A model generated the notes under the pieces. That model ran no database searches. It was not told the origin of the DNA and saw only the letters and a program-made list of their open reading frames with translations. This document shows, piece by piece, positions 59,013-64,000 of a stretch of DNA of 64,000 bases. The position numbers were made by a program, and so were the translations under genes. The stretch is from Moniliella sp. 'wahieum' (taxonomy: Eukaryota). The number at the start of each line of letters is the position of its first letter. The first letter of the stretch is position 1. Location: NCBI GenBank assembly GCA_003971905.1, contig RSEE01000008.1, positions 930,001-994,000 of the forward strand. Direction: 5' to 3'.

Positions 59013-60369
59013 GGAACCATATTCCCTTCGATATGTCGCTGTAACAGTCGGAGCTAGACGAAAGAGACCAAGGTCCAGACACGGGGGAAATTACAAGCTC
59101 ACATTCGTGGGGGAAACAGAAGGCGTTGTTGGGCAGTGAGAGAACAGAAGCAAACGGAAAGGAAAGAGCGAGAGACACAGGATGCAGAATTGAAAATTGG
59201 AGTGAACTTAGTCATTTGGTGACAGTCGCCACAGGGAGTTCTCTCCCGCACATGGCTGCGCCACATGTCTCGCTACCATCACTCGACGGGTGTAGCAAGG
59301 AGAGGTATCGCGTGTACCATACGCATCATCTTCTGCTCGCCCGTGTCTCGCCGGCTTCAGTTCGTTTTGAGAGATGCAGAGTTTTTTTGGTTGGAAAACA
59401 CTTCTACTACTGATGCAACTTGTGCCACCCTTCTGCACAAGGTCGCTCTGGTCTTCACTGCGGCCATATAGGCTAGCCGTTTTAAGAAATCCATGTGTTC
59501 GTGTGTTGGCCTGGATGAATACGTTGGGTGGGTCTGGAGGTGGTACCGGCAAGTACCGGTTGTGCGGTTGCCTGCGCTCACGCGAAGGTGTTAGATGGAA
59601 GGTGTGGCGCTGTGTGGCGCACAGGCAGCAACAAGGCACAGGAGGGCCATTTCGTGGCCAACTCTGGTTCCGCACAACATAAACGTACACGAGATAGCCA
59701 GCAGAACGCACGTGCGCATAGTCCCCGCAGATCTCCGATCGGTCGGCATGCATGGTAAAATGCATGAATGATGCACCTGTCGAGACGCAGAGGCGCAGTG
59801 CGGGAGTGTCGCATGTCGCAGTGGCATGTACATGTCAGCCACTCAGTCTGGGTCGGAGTACTCGGTTGGTAGGCGGCTGCGGGCCGACACTTGCCCCGTG
59901 CGTGGCGCACCACGCCAGAGTTTATGCAGCTGCATGCAGCGTGCTGTTCGGCTCACGCGTCACGCGCCACGCGTCACGCGTGCTTCTGTCGAATCGGGTG
60001 TCGACCGCTCCACCGCCGACTGGCATGGCTGATCGATCAGATATGGGTGATGGGTGGTGCGGGATGGGCCTGGTGTGGCCTGCGATGGCCTGCTGTGGCC
60101 TCTGCATGGGCATGGCGGGGAAACGACATGGTGTTTGCCCCAAACACCACTCGCTCGCCAGCACGCCTCGGTCTCCTCTCATTCCTGCTACAACACCCCA
60201 ATGCGCCCGCCTGCCCCTGGCCGGGGCGTGTCGGCACTGGGCCCCCATGCACGCGCCGTGCACGCCGTTGCTGGCCTCGGCGGCAGCGCTACGGCCCGTG
60301 TCGCCGCCCCAGCGTTTCGTCTTTGCCCGCCCCCGTCCGTCTTCTCCGGCACTCCATAGTCCCCTCCCG

Positions 60370-62258
60370 ATGGCCAGCACCACACTCCCTTCCAGCGTTC
60401 TTGGACATCAGCTCCATTGCCTCCCTTGTCTTGCTTGGCGGGTGTCTTTGCTGGCTTGACTCTCGGCTGAGGACTCGACATGGTCAACCTGCGTGTGGTG
60501 AGCACGAGCGGGACCGAGACTGAGCAAAACAATGCCCGAATTGTCCTCCGTCTGCTTGAACGTGGGCGACATTGGGTGCTCGTTGTCCTGTTGTTGGGAA
60601 ACGTGATCGTCAATGAGACCCTGCCCGTCTTTCTCTCCGACTTTGGCGGCGGCTTGAGCGCCGTCTTATCTTCCACCTTGCTTATCGTCATCTTTGGGGA
60701 AATTGTACCCCAAGCCATCTGCGCCCGGTATGGTTTGTCCATCGGTGCCTACTGCGCCCGATGGTGCATGCATTTATGATTCTCCTTGCCCCCGTCGCCT
60801 GGCCGACGGCCAAGCTGGACTGGTGTCTGGGCGAGGAGCAAGTACGGTCTACCGCAAGGCAGAGCTCAAGGCATTCGTCTCGCTCCACCAAGCCATTGGG
60901 ACCGAAGCGTTGACGGAAGATGAGGTGTCCATCATCCGAGCGGTGCTGGACCTGAACGACAAGACGGTGTGGACGTGAGACACCGATGGATCAAGTCTAC
61001 ACCCTCGCGTCCGACGACAAGCTGGACGAGCGGGGGATTGACAAGCTGGTCCAACTGGGATACTCTCGCATTCCCGTCCACGAGGCGGGGCATCCAGATG
61101 CCATCTTGGGCATGTTGCTGGTCAAAAACCTAATTAGCTACGACCCCGAAGACGCCGAACCCGTCTCCTCTTTCCAGCTCACCCCCCTTCCCGAGGCATC
61201 CCCCACGCTCACTCTGTTTGACTGCCTCAATTACTTTCAGCACGGTCGCTCCCACATGCTTCTCGTCTCGGACCACCCTGGCGAACCAAGAAGCGCGGGG
61301 CATCGTGACGTTGGAGGATGTGATCGAAGAGCTGATCGGGCGGGAGATCGAAGACGAGTTTGATGAGCACGATGATACGGCCCAGCGGACCGGGGGCGGG
61401 CAATGGGAACCGTTGCTGCGCGGGATCATTGAGCGGAGATGGAAACATGTGCCGAGCTTGTATGGCTTGCCTACGGGCCTCGCTTTGCCCGCCAAACGTT
61501 CACGTTCCATCTCGCGCCCGATGGGCGCGCAACCAGGCGCATCTGGTTCCTTGGGAACGAGCCAATCGCTTCAGCCACAGTTGGCAACCAAGTCTGATGA
61601 TGACCCCCCAGGACCCAAACCAACGCCTGCCACGCCTTCTCCTGCCGTCATGGCGGCACAGCCGACGCCTTCTGCTACGCTCTACTCCCCTGGTGCCTCA
61701 ATATCCACCTTCAAGTCGGGCTCGGTCACCAACACGCCCAAACTAGGAACCCCAAGGTTCCGCGTTCCCGATACCCCGCGTACCGGCGTTGGCTCGGACC
61801 TTGGCAAAGCTAAGCCCGCCACCAAGCTCGGTACCCCCCACGCGCGCTGGGCCGAGGTACCGACGGTGCCGAGGTGGGATTTGGGCGCGCCTGGGTTGCC
61901 CCTGCACCAAGCCGAGGTACCAGCTCGGCCCAGAGCGGGCTCGGGCGCGGCAAAGACAAGCGTGCCGGCTCGGGCTTGGACCCCAAGTTCCCTCCTTTTG
62001 ACGCCAGGCTCGGCCACGACCATCGCGCTTCCGCCGACGACCGTGGCAAAAAAGGTTGAGGAACAGACGTGGGAGGAGACCTCCTCCTCCGACCCTTCCG
62101 GTTCTTCCCCCACCCGCTCGTCCCACAGGGTAGAGGTGGAGCTCGCCGCTCCATCCACACCCACCTTGGTAGATCCTTCGCCTGAACCATCCGTCCTCGG
62201 GCACGCTACAGCTGCCGCTCAGACAGAGCCAGGGCCGGCGGCGGGGGGGGCAGTGTAA
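60370..62258 (+). CDS. CNNM/Mam3-family DUF21 + CBS-pair metal transport protein (frameshifted)
   Basis: [97 protein letters not shown]. Confidence 0.9.
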
Positions 62259-62612
62259 TTTTTTTTTTTGCTCACACAATGTACCATAGTACCCTATATG
62301 GCATGTGGCGGTGCGGCAGAAGAAGCGAGGGAGAAAGTCATTGCGAAGCATTGGTACCAACGATTGAGCGGATGAGCTCACCATGATAGTACAACTACTC
62401 AAGAGACTTGCCCCAACCATCGCGACTAATAATATTTTTGCCAGAAAAGTCTATATCGGAAAACTGTGGGTGTTGGGCCCGGTCTCTTCCATCAGTGGGT
62501 CTTTACTACAGATACGGAAACCAGATTGTCTACTCGTCCTGGAACCAATAACAGGTGAATCAAATCTTCACTCGACTGATGAAGCTCATCGATCAATCGA
62601 TATAGATGAGCT

Positions 62613-64000
62613 TTACCGACTGTATCGACTGTATTGCTTGTTGTGTCGTCCACATGCGGACTTGCTGTGCAGCATATGTTGTTGTGCGGACGCAGACTGC
62701 GTCTGCTGCTGGCCTCGCGACCGCCAGCGCGCAAGCAGGACACGAGGCGAAAAGACACGGAAGAGGTAAAAGCACACAAAGCATGCTGCCCAATTGAACG
62801 CAATGTAGATGATGAAGATCCACGCATTGCGACTGGCGTGGTCCATGGCCATGCTGATCGTGTTCAAATACTCGTCTGCGTAGGCAAACGCACACCACCC
62901 ACAGCCTCCCGATGACAGGGGCACCCAATACCCCCGGCCGGAGGGGACTCGCTTCGCCCCAGCGCACGCGGGGTAACGTTGTCCAACGAGGGACTAAAGT
63001 TGTCGAGGTAATCGGAACACGTCAGGCCCGGGGGAGGGGATATCGGAACCAGCTCTTGCGGCGCACAGAGGATCGGCCGACCGGCCATCGCATTGCCCAT
63101 CTGCGCTTCGACAAAGTAGTGCACCGGTGTGGCGGTAATAATGCGACGCCACAAACTGGGCATGACGCTGGGTGGGACCGTGACGCCGCTGAGGAGGAGG
63201 CAAAACGAGTAGAGTAGAAGGCCGAAAACAGCACGCCCCCCAGGACGGGACTCTGGACCACATTTGCACCGACATGGCCATCAAAGGCCAAAAGCTGTAA
63301 AACAGAAAGACTGTCCAGGCAAAGGATTTGCCAGCCGACCCCACTTTGCCTCCCATCAACCACCATGGAAGCCAGTACAAAAAGCCACAGAACCAGTCCC
63401 ACGGCACCTCAACCGCCATGTACGTCGCAACAAATACCACCCAAGAGTAGATCTTGGCCCCCTGTTCCCTGGTTTTCAAACACCTCGCGCATACTGGTGT
63501 AGTGAGGTAACATATGCGAAGCCAAGGGCACCCTACCACGGACTGCATGTGGAACCACATTCACAGAGGGGAACAGAGCGGTTATGTGTTGTGACAATAA
63601 TGGAAGTTTAAGAGGCTCTAATAAAGTATGCGCGGCGTGAAGATATTGTTATGCGTGTGCACGTACCGGAAAAGTGGGAAAAGAGATTGACTTGGAGACT
63701 GGCTAGGCTCGACTTACTGCCCTGCTGCCAAAATGACGATCCAATGAAGAGCCCGGCAACGAGGTTGAGTGCCATTTTGGAGCCCAAGTAGGCAGGACTG
63801 CGCCAAAAGTGGATCCAGGTACGACGGAAAACAATTATGAATTGGCCCAAGAAGCCCACGGCGTATTCCGACTCATCTTTCTGCCTACTTGAAGTGTCGG
63901 TCCCTAGGTTGCCTCGGCGGTCCTCGAACTCTTGTATGTCATTCTCGATCCTGGCCGCCATCTCACTTTGCTGGTACACAGTTGTCCAATCCTCTTGCTC
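62613..64000 (-). CDS. PDR-type (ABCG) ABC transporter, C-terminal transmembrane domain; 5' part lies outside the window
   Basis: EYAVGFLGQFIIVFRRTWIHFWRSPAYLGSKMALNLVAGLFIGSSFW; RE..AKIYSWVVF; PVHYFVE; C...E.....PPPGLTCSDYL; DEYL......RNAWIFIIYIAFN. Confidence 0.88.

Overview
High-GC, gene-dense, intron-poor eukaryotic DNA, most consistent with a basidiomycete fungus. Evidence: short GT-AG introns with CTRAC branch points, fungal-type adenylate cyclase, GPI-anchored chitin deacetylase, PDR-type ABC transporter. Recognisable genes: ubiquitin-like/eL40 fusion, cytochrome b5/acyl-CoA dehydrogenase, mitochondrial uS9m and bL21m, KHDC4-like KH protein, F-box protein, chitin deacetylase, WDR48/UAF1, ATP synthase alpha, adenylate cyclase, allantoicase, Trm10, NmrA-like oxidoreductase, CNNM/Mam3 and the 3' end of an ABCG transporter. 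Most genes carry 1-2 nt frameshifts that look like uncorrected long-read errors, so many boundaries are approximate. Most unusual items: (i) the 'ubiquitin' fused to eL40 is only about 55% identical to ubiquitin and has lost R72, R74, K6, K11, K29 and K33; (ii) a 5.5-kb tandem array of an apparently non-coding LTR retroelement (LTR-I-LTR-I-truncated LTR) with a Tf1-like self-priming site and an internal repeat-spacer hairpin cassette, flanked by a 114-bp direct repeat; (iii) related solo LTRs and a fragment of an RLE-type non-LTR retrotransposon; (iv) recurrent intergenic 7-bp-period arrays built from several different 6-bp palindromes.
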